The notes beneath the pieces are model-generated. The model saw only the letters and a program-made list of their open reading frames with translations, was not told the origin of the DNA and made no database searches. Source: Methanomassiliicoccus sp. UBA386 (lineage in GTDB: Archaea; Thermoplasmatota; Thermoplasmata; Methanomassiliicoccales; Methanomassiliicoccaceae). Taken from it: a stretch of DNA of 64,000 bases. The stretch lies in the NCBI GenBank assembly GCA_002498285.1, contig DAGU01000023.1, positions 22,148-86,147 of the forward strand, given 5' to 3'. This document shows, piece by piece, positions 51,690 through 62,211 of the stretch; within the stretch, counting starts at the first letter, position 1; every line of letters starts with the position of its first letter. A program made the translations under genes and the position numbers.

Positions 51690-52157
51690 ATGGGAGAGCT
51701 AGAGACCTGCCTGGCAGTGCTGTACAAGCGCAAGGGAAAGAACGTCCTCACGGAGGCAGAGTTTCAGTTCGCGGTCTCGCTGGACTTCCGATGGTTCACC
51801 CCCCAGGAGGCGCAGAGGCTCATGGAGCTGGCCATAGGCCGCGGGCTGCTGGTCCGTGCTGATATGTACCTCAGCCCGTCGTTCGACTACAAGGACATCG
51901 AGGCGCCACTCTCCTTCAGGCCAAGCAGGGATGTCCTGGTCGGGGAGAAGGAAGAGCCCAGCCTCTTCGCCCGGCTGGTGGGCCTCATCACCTCCCAGGG
52001 GGGCCTCAAGAAAAGGGAGACCGTGGCCCGCATCAACAGGACGCAGGAGCGCCTGGGCGTCGATGTGGAGGTGGCGGCCCTCGTGGTCGCCAGCGACCTC
52101 GGGGTGGATATCTCCGAGTTCATCGGCCCGGTGAGGGAAGAGGTCCTCTCCCGGTGA
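51690..52157 (+). CDS. DUF2240 family protein
   Basis: SLDFRWFTP.EA..L...A, P.FDY....PLSFRP. Confidence 0.8.
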   Translation: MGELETCLAVLYKRKGKNVLTEAEFQFAVSLDFRWFTPQEAQRLMELAIGRGLLVRADMYLSPSFDYKDIEAPLSFRPSRDVLVGEKEEPSLFARLVGLITSQGGLKKRETVARINRTQERLGVDVEVAALVVASDLGVDISEFIGPVREEVLSR

Positions 52158-52667
52158 TCACTTCTCTTTCTTGATGAGATCTCCCAGCGTCAGCACGTTC
52201 CTGCTGCCTTTGGAAGACTCTGGCTTCACCAGGGTCACCCTCTCGGTGAGCTTGATGTTGAGCTCCCTCTCCAGCTTCTTGATGAGCTGATCGCTGGGCC
52301 TCATGGAGCCGTTCTCGAGCTGGGCGATCACGCTGCTCTTCTCGTTCACCCTGGACGCAAGTTCGTCCTGCTTTAGGTCCCGGGCCATCCTGGCATCCCG
52401 TATCACCTTGTCATAATCGGGCACCAGGTCGATGACCGTCTCTTCCTGAAAGACGTCCCGGGAGCGCATCCTCCTCTCGCGGGCCTGCAGCCTTTCCGCG
52501 ACCACCGCCCGCGTGGGAGCTGTCCCTCCTCTTCCCTTCTTGGAGCTGCTCTTCCCCTCGGGGCTTTCGCCAAAGCGGGAGCACTCCTTGCAAACCTTGA
52601 GCTGGGCACCCTCTAGGAATATGGTCCGAACGATGTCAGACTCCTTGCCACACATCTCGCAGATCAT
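52158..52667 (-). CDS. Archaeal multiprotein bridging factor aMBF1
   Basis: CEMCG...VCKEC zinc ribbon, HTH_3, C-terminal TLGD. Confidence 0.92.
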   Translation of the reverse strand: MICEMCGKESDIVRTIFLEGAQLKVCKECSRFGESPEGKSSSKKGRGGTAPTRAVVAERLQARERRMRSRDVFQEETVIDLVPDYDKVIRDARMARDLKQDELASRVNEKSSVIAQLENGSMRPSDQLIKKLERELNIKLTERVTLVKPESSKGSRNVLTLGDLIKKEK

Positions 52668-52941
52668 TTCTCGTCGACTTACAAAGCCCATACCACGATT
52701 TAAGGGATTGCTATGCGCCGCTCCGATCGAGGCTTCGCTCGGCGTTCGGCTTCTAGCCCTGCGGAAAAGTTAGGCGTAGGAATAATAATGTTTGAGGACA
52801 TATTATGTATCAAAAATGAGGGTGGTCGGGCATAACGCTCTAGGGGGAAGAGGCGGCCTGGCCAGCGCCGCTCCAGGCATCTGGTCCTGCGAAACGGTCT
52901 TATAGCTCAGCCCTTATTGTAATCGTCGCCGAGGTGAGCCA

Positions 52942-54150
52942 TTGAAGGAACCCCAGTTGGAAGAGCTTGTTTCCGAGATGAAGGACAAGGTCGAGGTCCT
53001 GGAGAGGCGCAACGGAGAGCTCCTGGAAGAGATAAGAAGGGTGGAGGGGGAGAAACGTTACGTGGAGAGTGAGCTCTTCCGCCTGCAGAAGGAGCTTAAG
53101 CGCATGCGGGCCGAGATGGAACGCCTGAAGTCCCCTCCGCTGATCATCGGCGCCATAAAGGACGTGCTGGCCGACGGCCGGGTCATCGTCAAGTCCTCCA
53201 CCGGCCCTGATTTCATTGTGTCCACTTCCGAATACGTTCCCATGGAAGAGCTCATAGTGGGTTCGAGGGTCGCGCTGAACAAGCAGACCCTGGCCGTCAT
53301 GGGCGTGCTGCCTCCCTCCCTGGACCCCATCGTGGTGGGGGCGGAGATCATAGAGAAGCCAAGCATATCTTACGAGCAGATCGGCGGGCTGGACGAGCAG
53401 ATCCTAGAGGTCAGGGAGGCCGTGGAGGATCCGCTGCTAAAGCCTGACCTGTACAAGAAGGTGGGCATAGAGCCCCCCAAGGGAGTGCTGCTGGTCGGAC
53501 CGCCAGGAACCGGCAAGACCCTGCTGGCCAAGGCCGTGGCTCATCAGACCAATGCCACCTTCATCCGCTTCGTCGGCTCTGAGCTGGTCCAAAAATACAT
53601 CGGCGAGGGGGCGCGCCTGGTGCGCGAACTGTTCGAAATGGCCAAGGAGAAGGCGCCCAGCATCGTGTTCATCGATGAGCTCGATTCCATCGGCGCCAAG
53701 AGGCTGGAGGTCGCCACCTCCGGGGACCGGGAGGTCCAGAGGACCCTCATGCAGCTGCTGTCCGAACTGGACGGCTTCAACCCCATAGGCGAGGTGAAGA
53801 TCATCGGGGCCACCAATCGACCCGACATACTGGACGATGCGCTCCTGCGGCCCGGAAGGTTCGATCGGATCATCGAGATCCCCGTCCCCGGCTACGATGG
53901 CCGGCTGGAGATCTTCAAGATCCACACCAGGAAGATGAGCATCGAAGATAACATCGTGCTCGCTGACCTCGCCGCTAAGGCCGATGGCGCCACCGGTGCG
54001 GACATCAAGGCCATATGCACCGAGGCGGGCATGTTCGCCATCCGCGACAACCGCGATAAGGTCTCCATGCTCGATTTCGAGAGGGCTATCGTCAAGGTCC
54101 TGGACAACGAGGCCAACAAGATCGTGGAAAGCGGCGTGATGTTTGCCTGA
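52942..54150 (+). CDS. pan: Proteasome-activating nucleotidase
   Basis: N-terminal coiled coil, [32 protein letters not shown]-terminal HbYX-like MFA. Confidence 0.96.
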   Translation: MKEPQLEELVSEMKDKVEVLERRNGELLEEIRRVEGEKRYVESELFRLQKELKRMRAEMERLKSPPLIIGAIKDVLADGRVIVKSSTGPDFIVSTSEYVPMEELIVGSRVALNKQTLAVMGVLPPSLDPIVVGAEIIEKPSISYEQIGGLDEQILEVREAVEDPLLKPDLYKKVGIEPPKGVLLVGPPGTGKTLLAKAVAHQTNATFIRFVGSELVQKYIGEGARLVRELFEMAKEKAPSIVFIDELDSIGAKRLEVATSGDREVQRTLMQLLSELDGFNPIGEVKIIGATNRPDILDDALLRPGRFDRIIEIPVPGYDGRLEIFKIHTRKMSIEDNIVLADLAAKADGATGADIKAICTEAGMFAIRDNRDKVSMLDFERAIVKVLDNEANKIVESGVMFA

Positions 54151-54258
54151 CATCCCTCAACCCTTTTCTTTCAATTTCTTTAATTTATCTCTTCTAATAA
54201 TCAGCAGCGGTCATTATTAGCTAATACATTATATATAATCAACAGCGTCCATCGAAGC

Positions 54259-54585
54259 ATGCACTTCATGAGCTTGCTCCCTGCCCGGATCGACGAGTCT
54301 TCCGCCCGCGTGGTCCAGGCGGCCCATGGTCGTCCACGGACGGCCACCCAGATAGCCGCTGCGACCGGCGTGCCGGTGGCCGCCGTGTTCCCCCGGATCA
54401 GGCAGCTGATGGCCATGGGCGTGCTCCGGGAGGAGGCGAGGGTGGTGGATGCCCGAGGCAGAGAGATCTCATTCTACATTAGCACGCTCCGCCATAGGGC
54501 CATATTCATCGAGAATGGACGCCCGCGCATCAGGCTCTCGATGGACGCGGAAGCGTTGGAAGCGAGCCTGGAGGGGCTGCTCTAG
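54259..54585 (+). CDS. Small winged-helix/ArsR-like protein
   Basis: PRTATQIAAATGVPVAAVFPRIRQL..MGVL; AT-rich promoter upstream. Confidence 0.7.
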   Translation: MHFMSLLPARIDESSARVVQAAHGRPRTATQIAAATGVPVAAVFPRIRQLMAMGVLREEARVVDARGREISFYISTLRHRAIFIENGRPRIRLSMDAEALEASLEGLL

Positions 54586-55349
54586 ACGTTCTTCCCTATG
54601 TCCTCGCCGCCCTCGAAGTACATCTGCACCATGGAATAGATGTCCTCCATGCCGGTGCCATCTTCCGCCGACACCGGGTACATCTCCTTGTACATGCCCA
54701 CGGCCTCCATGGCCTTGAACAGTTCGATGCTCATGACGGACTGGGTGGTCATCTCCTTCTCCGTTAGGGCATTGTATAGCGCGTAGGGGTCGGACGACCA
54801 TTCCTTCATCTCCTCCAGGTCCTCCTCCGACAGGAGGTCCGCCTTGGAGATGATGTTCATGATCGGCAGATCGTAGCGGAACTGGGTGATGCCGCACAGC
54901 ATGAGGTCGGAGACGAATCCATTGGGCGTCCTCGCGAGGGTCGGATCAGAGAGGAAGACAAGGAAACTGTCCTCCTTGCCAAGCTCCTCGATGATGGCGT
55001 TGCTTGACAGACGGAAGGTGAACAGTTCCATCTGGCCCGGCGTGTCGATCAGGCAGTAGTCGCCACGGAACTCCTTAACCACGTTGCTCCATTCGCGGTT
55101 GTTCAGCGCCATGAGGTCGGCGGCCACCACCTGCGCCCCGTTGGGGCCCAGGGAGTAGTCGCGCATCACATCGGCGATGTTTATCCAGTCCCGGATGTCC
55201 ACGTCCGCCTGGTAGGGGATGAAGTCCGCCCCCGGATCGAGGTTGACCAGTACAGAATCGATGCCCTGTATGTCGAGCCATTCCTTGAAAGCCTGGACCA
55301 GGGTGCTCTTGCCGCTCCCCGCTGTGCCTATGAAGTAAATGTATCTCAT
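54582..55349 (-). CDS. GPN-loop GTPase
   Basis: GTAGSGKST, NLDPG, LGPNGA, DTPGQMELF; start ATG 55349. Confidence 0.94.
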   Translation of the reverse strand: MRYIYFIGTAGSGKSTLVQAFKEWLDIQGIDSVLVNLDPGADFIPYQADVDIRDWINIADVMRDYSLGPNGAQVVAADLMALNNREWSNVVKEFRGDYCLIDTPGQMELFTFRLSSNAIIEELGKEDSFLVFLSDPTLARTPNGFVSDLMLCGITQFRYDLPIMNIISKADLLSEEDLEEMKEWSSDPYALYNALTEKEMTTQSVMSIELFKAMEAVGMYKEMYPVSAEDGTGMEDIYSMVQMYFEGGEDIGKNV

Positions 55350-55506
55350 CTCATTATCCCCGGAAATAGTGACAGTGGGAGAACGGAGGCGGGACAAATA
55401 GATTTGCGGTCCTCGATAGGTGTGAAGACCTCCGTCCGGCCCTGCGGCAGGCGCGCTCCGAGTGCGGCACGCTGAACGTTTGTTATAAGTGGAAAAGAGA
55501 AAGGAG

Positions 55507-55580
55507 CGGGCCCGGAGGGATTCGAACCCTCGGCCCATCGGTTAAGAGCCGATTGCTCTACCTAGCTGAGCTACGGGCCC
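55507..55580 (-). tRNA. tRNA-Lys (anticodon CTT)
   Basis: GGGCCCGTAGCTCAGCTAGGTAGAGCAATCGGCTCTTAACCGATGGGCCGAGGGTTCGAATCCCTCCGGGCCCG folds into a cloverleaf; no intron, no encoded CCA. Confidence 0.97.
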
Positions 55581-55686
55581 CTTTCAGGCCGCTAAAGAAA
55601 GTTGGTATACATAAGCCTTTCGCGTCCCCTCTCTGCAGCTTCCAGCCCATGGGGCGAGGGAATGGTTATTACCGCTCGGGAACAGA

Positions 55687-56205
55687 ATGAACGGCATGAC
55701 GCTAGCAAGGGAGATAATGACCGCTCCAGTGGTCACCTTTGACGAGGACATGACGCTGCGGGAGGCCACGTTGACCATGGCCCGCAAGAAGGTGTCGGGA
55801 GCGCCAGTGATGGACCGGGATGGCAGGCTGATCGGTGTGCTGTCAGAGAGCGACATCCTGGAGGAGGCCGTGAGGAGGGTGGGTGACGAGATGACCTGCC
55901 GGTCGCTGTCGTTCCTCTCCCTGCCGTATGAGCGCATTGTAAGGAACGAGGAGGTGTGCCGGCAGTTCAGCGAGGTGGGCGATGTGAAGGTCGGCGACAT
56001 CATGAACGACGAGGTGATCGCCGTCAACGGCGATGATGGTGCGGAGAAGGCGCTGGAGACCATGGTACGGTTCGGGGTCAACCGCCTTCCGGTCATCGAC
56101 GACGACGGCAGGCTCATCGGGATAGTGGCAAGGCAGGACATCATGTGGTCCCTTTGCCGCGCTCTCCAGGCCGGATGCCAAGGGCCTCCCATGATCGGGA
56201 GGTGA
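55687..56205 (+). CDS. CBS domain pair protein
   Basis: REIMT.PV, SGAPVMD..G.LIGVLSESD, RLPVIDDDG.LIGIV. Confidence 0.9.
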   Translation: MNGMTLAREIMTAPVVTFDEDMTLREATLTMARKKVSGAPVMDRDGRLIGVLSESDILEEAVRRVGDEMTCRSLSFLSLPYERIVRNEEVCRQFSEVGDVKVGDIMNDEVIAVNGDDGAEKALETMVRFGVNRLPVIDDDGRLIGIVARQDIMWSLCRALQAGCQGPPMIGR

Positions 56206-56235
56206 GGCGCTAATTATTTCAATGGCGGGGAGATT

Positions 56236-57018
56236 GTGTGGATGGGATGCCATCTGAGCGGGCTTGAGGTCCATGTGCTTGCCAGCGGCAGTGACGGAAA
56301 CTGCACCATCGTTCGCTGCGACGATACCGCGATCATGCTAGACGCGGGGCTGTCCGGCCGGCGGATCACCACGCTGATGAGCCGAGTGGGCATCGGGCCG
56401 GAGGATCTCTGCGGCATTTTTCTCACTCATGAGCATTCCGATCATGTCAAGGGGGCGGGCATACTTTCCAGGCGGTACAAGGTGCCCATCTACGCCAACG
56501 AGAACACCCTGATCTGCTCCAACATCGGCACGGTGAACAGCAGCGTGATCTTCAGAACATTGCAGCCGTTCACCGTGGGCCCGCTGACGGTGCGGCCGCT
56601 GCCGATATCTCATAACGCCGCCGAGCCCAACGCCTTCCACGTCACGTGCGGGGGCCGCAGCATGCTTCTGGCCACCGACCTGGGGATGGTTAACAGCGAG
56701 GTGTTCGCAGCCCTTAGGGAAGTCGACCTGGCCATGATCGAATCTAACCACGACCTCAACATGCTGATCCATGGACCGTACCCCCCGATGCTCAAGAACG
56801 AGATACGCTCCGAGCGCGGGCATCTGAGCAACGTCGACTGCGCCAGGGCGCTATGGAGCACCTCCCGCGACGGGCGCAAGATCTTTTTGGCCCATCTCAG
56901 CAAGAACAATAACACGCCTGAGCTGGCGAGAAGAACGGTCGCGAGGACGCTGTGCTGCTGCGAGGACGTCGTGGACTGCATGATGGACCCCGACGACGTC
57001 CGTTCGATCCTTCTCTAG
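56236..57018 (+). CDS. MBL-fold metallo-hydrolase (YycJ/WalJ-like)
   Basis: LASGSDGN, THEHSDH, ATDLG, ESNHD, GHLSN, LAHLS. Confidence 0.9.
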   Translation: MWMGCHLSGLEVHVLASGSDGNCTIVRCDDTAIMLDAGLSGRRITTLMSRVGIGPEDLCGIFLTHEHSDHVKGAGILSRRYKVPIYANENTLICSNIGTVNSSVIFRTLQPFTVGPLTVRPLPISHNAAEPNAFHVTCGGRSMLLATDLGMVNSEVFAALREVDLAMIESNHDLNMLIHGPYPPMLKNEIRSERGHLSNVDCARALWSTSRDGRKIFLAHLSKNNNTPELARRTVARTLCCCEDVVDCMMDPDDVRSILL

Positions 57019-57809
57019 ATCCCGGGAATCTGGATGACAGAGGCCTTCTTGCCGGCGACCAGCGCCTTGGCGATGGCCGGAGGGAGGCAGACCACGTCCT
57101 CCTTCTTGAGCCGGTAGTCCCTACCGGGGCCGGCGAACGGCGGAAGGTCCTCCATGACGCGCAGCACCGCCATGTCAGGAATTGCCTCCACGGCCGGTGC
57201 AACTGCGACCGGTGTTTCCGGCGACGATGCGGCCGGGGCCGGCGGGGCCTCCTCTGGAACGTCGTAGACGTCCTCGTCGTCCATGGCCTCTTCCAGATCC
57301 GCGGCATAATCCGGCGCGTATTCCGGAACGTCCTCGACCGCCGAGGCGGGTGCCGCCTCCGGCGCATGCGCGGGCGGCTCGGCGGCCGGAGGCACGGGCC
57401 GAGCTGCCGTTCCGTCCAGCTCAACCTCCAGCAGGGCGGCGTGACGCTCCCTCAGCAGCGAGGACACCCGCTCGAAGACGTCTGCCTCCTCGGAGGTGAG
57501 CCGGTTGGTGTCCACCCGGTTTCCCAGGGCAGCCCGCAGGGCCATGGCCAGGAGCTTTTCCATGCGGAACTCGAACACCTGGTCCGCCTTCTCCTGGAAT
57601 TTGGTGAGCTGGTTGGCCGCGAGCTTGGCCCGGGCGGAGAACTGGTCCAGGGCGAACTCCCGCTCGGTATCCCGCCGAAGTTCGCTCAGCCTCTGCCTGA
57701 TGACCACATAGAGGTCCTTGCGGACCTCGGTGATGTTCTTGGTCCTCTGCTCCTTCCGGTAGACCTCGGTGAGATGATCGTACTCGAAGGCCTCTACGGG
57801 AGGGGACAT
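57015..57809 (-). CDS. GINS (Gins51-type) replication factor
   Basis: Helical A domain (R.EK...A, LTSEE..F), Pro/Ala/Glu linker, C-terminal B domain LRV.EDLP.FAG...Y.L.KEDVV.LP. Confidence 0.8.
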   Translation of the reverse strand: MSPPVEAFEYDHLTEVYRKEQRTKNITEVRKDLYVVIRQRLSELRRDTEREFALDQFSARAKLAANQLTKFQEKADQVFEFRMEKLLAMALRAALGNRVDTNRLTSEEADVFERVSSLLRERHAALLEVELDGTAARPVPPAAEPPAHAPEAAPASAVEDVPEYAPDYAADLEEAMDDEDVYDVPEEAPPAPAASSPETPVAVAPAVEAIPDMAVLRVMEDLPPFAGPGRDYRLKKEDVVCLPPAIAKALVAGKKASVIQIPGI

Positions 57810-57914
57810 GTTTGAGGGAATTCAGAGCGGCATATTTGAGTATATCCCGGCCAACTTCCAGAAGCGGTAGGGAAGCAGGGCAAGATATTCATTCCATGGA
57901 CGGGATGGAGGGGC

Positions 57915-58223
57915 GTGGACCTCTCGGCCGTTCTGCGGACCGTCCGGAACGGGACGGAGATCGACATCATGGTGACGCCGAACGCCAAGGACCAATCCAT
58001 AGGCGCGGTGGACGAGTGGAGGCGGCGGCTGGTCGTCAAGGTGCGGGCGGTGCCCTCCGAGGGAAGGGCCAACCGGGCGGTGTGCGAGCTGTTCCAGGAC
58101 GTTCTCGGGGAGAGGGTGGAGATCGCGCACGGCGCCACGGAGCGGCATAAGACGCTCCTCGTTCCACTGGAGGCGGAAGAGGTCAGGAAGAGGCTGGAGG
58201 GAGCGATTGCGCGACCCCGATGA
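57915..58223 (+). CDS. DUF167/UPF0235 (YggU-like) protein
   Basis: VTPNA, VRAVPSEGRAN, GATERHK. Confidence 0.85.
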   Translation: MDLSAVLRTVRNGTEIDIMVTPNAKDQSIGAVDEWRRRLVVKVRAVPSEGRANRAVCELFQDVLGERVEIAHGATERHKTLLVPLEAEEVRKRLEGAIARPR

Positions 58224-58614
58224 GATGCTGGAGGAGCTCGAGGCCATCCTGGAGGAGCTTCGCGAGCTCGCCCGCGAGAGCGTGATACTGGTCGAGGGCA
58301 GGAGGGACCGGGACGCGCTCGGCCAGCTGGGCGTGCGCGGCGAGATCGTGCAGGTGCAGGACGCCGGGGGCATACTGGGGGTGGCCGAAGAGCTCGCGTC
58401 CCGAGGGCGAAGCGCCGTCATCCTGACCGACTGGGACCGCAAGGGCGGCCAGCTGGCCGAACTGTTGCGGAACGCGCTCCGCGCCTGCGACGTGCCCTAT
58501 GACGATGGCGTACGCATGAAGATGGCCGTGCTCAGCAAGAAGGACATCAAGGACGTCGAGTCGCTGCCGGCGTTCGCATCCCTGCTGGAGGAGCGACGGC
58601 GGACGGCGCGGTGA
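58207..58614 (+). CDS. Small TOPRIM domain protein (UPF0292-like)
   Basis: ILVEGRRD..AL, ILTDWDRKG, IKDVE. Confidence 0.88.
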   Translation: MRDPDEMLEELEAILEELRELARESVILVEGRRDRDALGQLGVRGEIVQVQDAGGILGVAEELASRGRSAVILTDWDRKGGQLAELLRNALRACDVPYDDGVRMKMAVLSKKDIKDVESLPAFASLLEERRRTAR

Positions 58615-58674
58615 CGCTCCATCACTTTTTCAGTTAGAATAAATAGGCTCTTTGCACTGTACTGAACGAGGAAC

Positions 58675-59994
58675 ATGACGGACGAGAGAATGCTGAAGAG
58701 CCTAGGGATCGACAGCGTTGATGAGCTTTTCTCGGACATACCGGCCTCGGTCAGGACCGACGGCATCGAGATTCCGCCGGGAATGTCGGAGATGGAGGTC
58801 ATGCGCTACGTCACCGACATGCTGTCCGCCAACGTGACCGCCTATGATCATCCGTGCTTCATGGGCGGCGGCGTGTACCGCCGCTTCATCCCCTCGGCGG
58901 TGAAGACGATCGTCTCACGCTCCGAGTTCGTCACCTCCTACACTCCATACCAGGCGGAGATCAGCCAAGGGATGCTGCAGACGCTCTTCGAGTATCAAAG
59001 CTACGTCGCCGAACTAACGGGCATGGAGGTCGTCAACTCGTCCAACTACGACGCGGCCACCGCCCTGGGGGAGGCGGCCGCCATGTGCCACCGGGTGAAT
59101 GGACGGGGGAAGTTCCTCATACCTCAGCTGATCAACTGCGACAAGCGGAGCGTGCTGCGCAACTACGTTCGCGGGGCGGGCATGGAGATCGTCGAGTACG
59201 CGTACGATCCCGGGACAGGGGAGGCGGACCTGGACGATATGAAGCGAAAGGCCGACTCGGATGTCGGGGGAGTGTACGTCGAGGTCCCGAACTTCCTAGG
59301 CGTTCTGGACCGCCAGGCCGCGGAGGTGAAGGCGGTCATCGGCGATGCCCTTCTCGTGGTGGGCGTGGACCCCATATCCCTCGGGCTGCTCAAGGCGCCG
59401 GGCGACTACGGCGCGGACATCGTCATAGGCGAGGGGCAGTCGCTCGGCTCGCCCATGAACTTCGGCGGACCAATGCTGGGCCTGTTCGGCTGCCGGCAGG
59501 AGCTGGTCCGCAAGATGCCGGGCAGGGTGGTGGGCCTCACCAAGGACGCTGAGGGCAGGAGGGCCTTCTGCCTGACGCTGCAGACCAGGGAACAGCACGT
59601 ACGGCGGTCCAAGGCAACGTCCAACATATGCACCAACGAGGCTCTCATGGCGGTGGCCGCCGCCGCGTACCTCGCCATCGTGGGCCACGACGGGCTTCGG
59701 GACGTTGCCCGGAGCAACATGGCCAATGCCAGGAAGCTGAGGGATGCCTTGGCGTCCATCAAAAGGGTGGAATGCCCGGTGCTGGACGCCCCGTTCTTCA
59801 ACGAGCTGCCGGCCCGCCTGCCCATCAAGCCGGAGAAGCTGTCCAAGGTGCTGCTGCGCAACGGCATCATCGGCGGGATCCCGCTGGCGAAGCATGTCCC
59901 CGAGATGGGCGACTGCATGCTGTTCGCCGCCACCGAGATGACGACCGACCGGGACATAGAGAGGCTGGTCGCAGCGATGGAGGTGATGGAATGA
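58675..59994 (+). CDS. gcvPA: Glycine dehydrogenase (decarboxylating) subunit 1
   Basis: YTPYQAEISQG.LQ..FEYQ, FGGP, LQTREQHVRR.KATSNICTN. Confidence 0.96.
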   Translation: MTDERMLKSLGIDSVDELFSDIPASVRTDGIEIPPGMSEMEVMRYVTDMLSANVTAYDHPCFMGGGVYRRFIPSAVKTIVSRSEFVTSYTPYQAEISQGMLQTLFEYQSYVAELTGMEVVNSSNYDAATALGEAAAMCHRVNGRGKFLIPQLINCDKRSVLRNYVRGAGMEIVEYAYDPGTGEADLDDMKRKADSDVGGVYVEVPNFLGVLDRQAAEVKAVIGDALLVVGVDPISLGLLKAPGDYGADIVIGEGQSLGSPMNFGGPMLGLFGCRQELVRKMPGRVVGLTKDAEGRRAFCLTLQTREQHVRRSKATSNICTNEALMAVAAAAYLAIVGHDGLRDVARSNMANARKLRDALASIKRVECPVLDAPFFNELPARLPIKPEKLSKVLLRNGIIGGIPLAKHVPEMGDCMLFAATEMTTDRDIERLVAAMEVME

Positions 59995-61520
59995 GCTATC
60001 GTCAAGCTCGATACGACGTTCGGCTCATCCAGGAGATGAGGGGCAGGAGCGACTTTACCCTGCCGCCGGTGGAGAAGAGCGAGGTGCCCGAGGAGCTGAG
60101 GCGCACTTCGCTGGACATGCCCAACCTGGAGGAGAACGAGGTGGTGCGGCACTACACCAACCTGTCCCAGATGAACTTCGGGGTGGACAATGGCTTCTAC
60201 CCCCTGGGCAGCTGCACCATGAAGTACAATCCAAAGTACGCTGACGTTCTGTCCTCTCTTCCAGCGGTCGCCGACGTGCACCCCTGCGAGGACGAGGAGG
60301 GGGTTCAGGGCAGCCTCCGCCTGATGTACGAGCTGGAACGGGCGCTGGCCGCGATCTCGGGCATGGACGCGGTGAGCCTGCAGCCGGCCGCCGGGGCCCA
60401 CGGGGAGCTGACCGGCATGCTGATAGTGAAGGCGTACCACGACAGCATGGAGGAGGACCGCACCGAGGTCATCGTGCCGGACACCGCCCATGGCACCAAT
60501 CCCGCCTCGGCGGCCATGGCCGGCTTCGACGTCATCGAGATACCGTCCGACGAGGAGGGGCGCGTCGACCTCAAGGCGCTGGAGGCGGCCGTCTCGCCAC
60601 GAACGGCGGCGCTGATGCTGACGAACCCCAACACCCTGGGGATCTTCGAGCAGGACATCCTCAAGATAGCCGGGACGGTCCACGGCGCCGGTGGCCTACT
60701 ATACTACGACGGCGCCAACCTCAACGCGGTGATGGGACGAACGAACCCGGGCATCATGGACTTCGATATCATGCACTTCAACCTCCACAAGACGTTCGCC
60801 ACCCCCCACGGCGGTGGCGGCCCGGGCGCCGGGCCGGTGGGCGTCAAGGCGTTCCTGGAGCCGTTCCTGCCGTCGCCGCGCATCGTGCTGGAGGACGGCT
60901 TGTACCGCCTCGTTGACGGTCCGAAAAGCATTGGCAAGGTGCGATCGTTCCACGGCAGCTTCGCCGTGCTGGTGCGCGCCTACGCCTACATCCTCCGCTG
61001 CGGCTCGGACGGTCTCAGGGCCGCTTCGGACGGAGCGGTGCTCAATTCCAACTATCTACGGAAGCAGCTCGTCCCGACGTACGATATGCCGTTCGGGGAG
61101 CTGCGCAAGCACGAGTTCGTGGTGTCGGCCAAGAAGCTCAAGGACGAGAGGGGCATCACGGCCATGGATATATCCAAGCGGCTGCTGGACCACGGCACCA
61201 TGGCCCCGACCGTGTACTTCCCCTCCCTGGTGGAGGAGGCGCTGATGATCGAGCCCACCGAGACGGAGACCAAGGAGACGCTGGACCGCTTCGCCGATAT
61301 CATGCTCCGCATAGCGGAGGAGGACCCGGCGGTTTTGAAGGCGTCGCCGCACAACACCTCGGTCCGCCGGGTCGACGAGGTCCGCGCGGCCAAGGACCTG
61401 GTGTTGAGCCACCTTCAGCTTAAGCGCCGGCTTGCGAGGGACCTCGGGGGCATGAAGGTCAAGGACGACGGCAAGAGCTGCTCGTTCTGCGCCACCCTGA
61501 TCGGGACGGATAAGCGATGA
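59991..61520 (+). CDS. gcvPB: Glycine dehydrogenase (decarboxylating) subunit 2
   Basis: PLGSCTMKYNP, QPAAGAHGE, AHGTNPASA, NLHKTF..PHGGGGPG; true start ATG 59991. Confidence 0.96.
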   Translation: MSYRQARYDVRLIQEMRGRSDFTLPPVEKSEVPEELRRTSLDMPNLEENEVVRHYTNLSQMNFGVDNGFYPLGSCTMKYNPKYADVLSSLPAVADVHPCEDEEGVQGSLRLMYELERALAAISGMDAVSLQPAAGAHGELTGMLIVKAYHDSMEEDRTEVIVPDTAHGTNPASAAMAGFDVIEIPSDEEGRVDLKALEAAVSPRTAALMLTNPNTLGIFEQDILKIAGTVHGAGGLLYYDGANLNAVMGRTNPGIMDFDIMHFNLHKTFATPHGGGGPGAGPVGVKAFLEPFLPSPRIVLEDGLYRLVDGPKSIGKVRSFHGSFAVLVRAYAYILRCGSDGLRAASDGAVLNSNYLRKQLVPTYDMPFGELRKHEFVVSAKKLKDERGITAMDISKRLLDHGTMAPTVYFPSLVEEALMIEPTETETKETLDRFADIMLRIAEEDPAVLKASPHNTSVRRVDEVRAAKDLVLSHLQLKRRLARDLGGMKVKDDGKSCSFCATLIGTDKR

Positions 61521-62170
61521 GCGTGGCCGCCAATGCACCGTTGACATCGACAGCCGCTGCCGTCGAAGTGACGGCCCGCGGCCGGTTCCTGGTGTTCGAG
61601 GGCATCGACGGCTCGGGGAAGAGCACGGTGGCCAGGTTGATGCACGAGCGCATGAACGCGGCCGGCAGACCGTCCGTGCTGACGGCCGAACCAACCGATA
61701 GCTGGGTCGGCGACATGGTGCGCCGAGGGAACAGAGAAGCGGCCAGCCCGTTCACCGAGACCTTGCTGTACGTTGCTGACAGAGCTGAGCACACCACTCG
61801 GATCGACAGATGGCTGAACGAGGGGAAGCACGTCGTCTGCGACCGGTACATGGGAAGCACCATTGCGTATCAATCCGTCACGCTCAGGCCGCACCTTGGC
61901 GACTCGGCGCGGGAATGGCTTCGGTCCGTCAATGCGCCCTTCACCCTGCGGCCGGACGTCACCTTCCTCTTGCTGCTCGATCCCGAGCTAGCAATGGAGC
62001 GCCTGGATTCCCGCCCCGGCCGAGAGAAGTTCGAGAAGCTGGACTTCCTGCGCGGCGTGGACGATGAGTACCGTCGGCTGGCCGAGACCGACGGCTACGT
62101 GGTCATCGACGCCTCCCGTCCGCTGGAAGAGGTAGCGGAGGCGGTCTGGAGCGTCATTGCCAGGATGTGA
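61517..62170 (+). CDS. tmk: Thymidylate kinase
   Basis: FEGIDGSGKST, ADRAEH, DRY..S..AYQ. Confidence 0.95.
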   Translation: MSVAANAPLTSTAAAVEVTARGRFLVFEGIDGSGKSTVARLMHERMNAAGRPSVLTAEPTDSWVGDMVRRGNREAASPFTETLLYVADRAEHTTRIDRWLNEGKHVVCDRYMGSTIAYQSVTLRPHLGDSAREWLRSVNAPFTLRPDVTFLLLLDPELAMERLDSRPGREKFEKLDFLRGVDDEYRRLAETDGYVVIDASRPLEEVAEAVWSVIARM

Positions 62171-62211
62171 GTCCGGCATAAAGTTAAGAACCGCGCCACG
62201 AATGCGCCTTC

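Noticed and set aside
55507-55700. Integrated element at tRNA-Lys
   Set aside because: No duplicated tRNA 3' end, integrase or compositional shift seen
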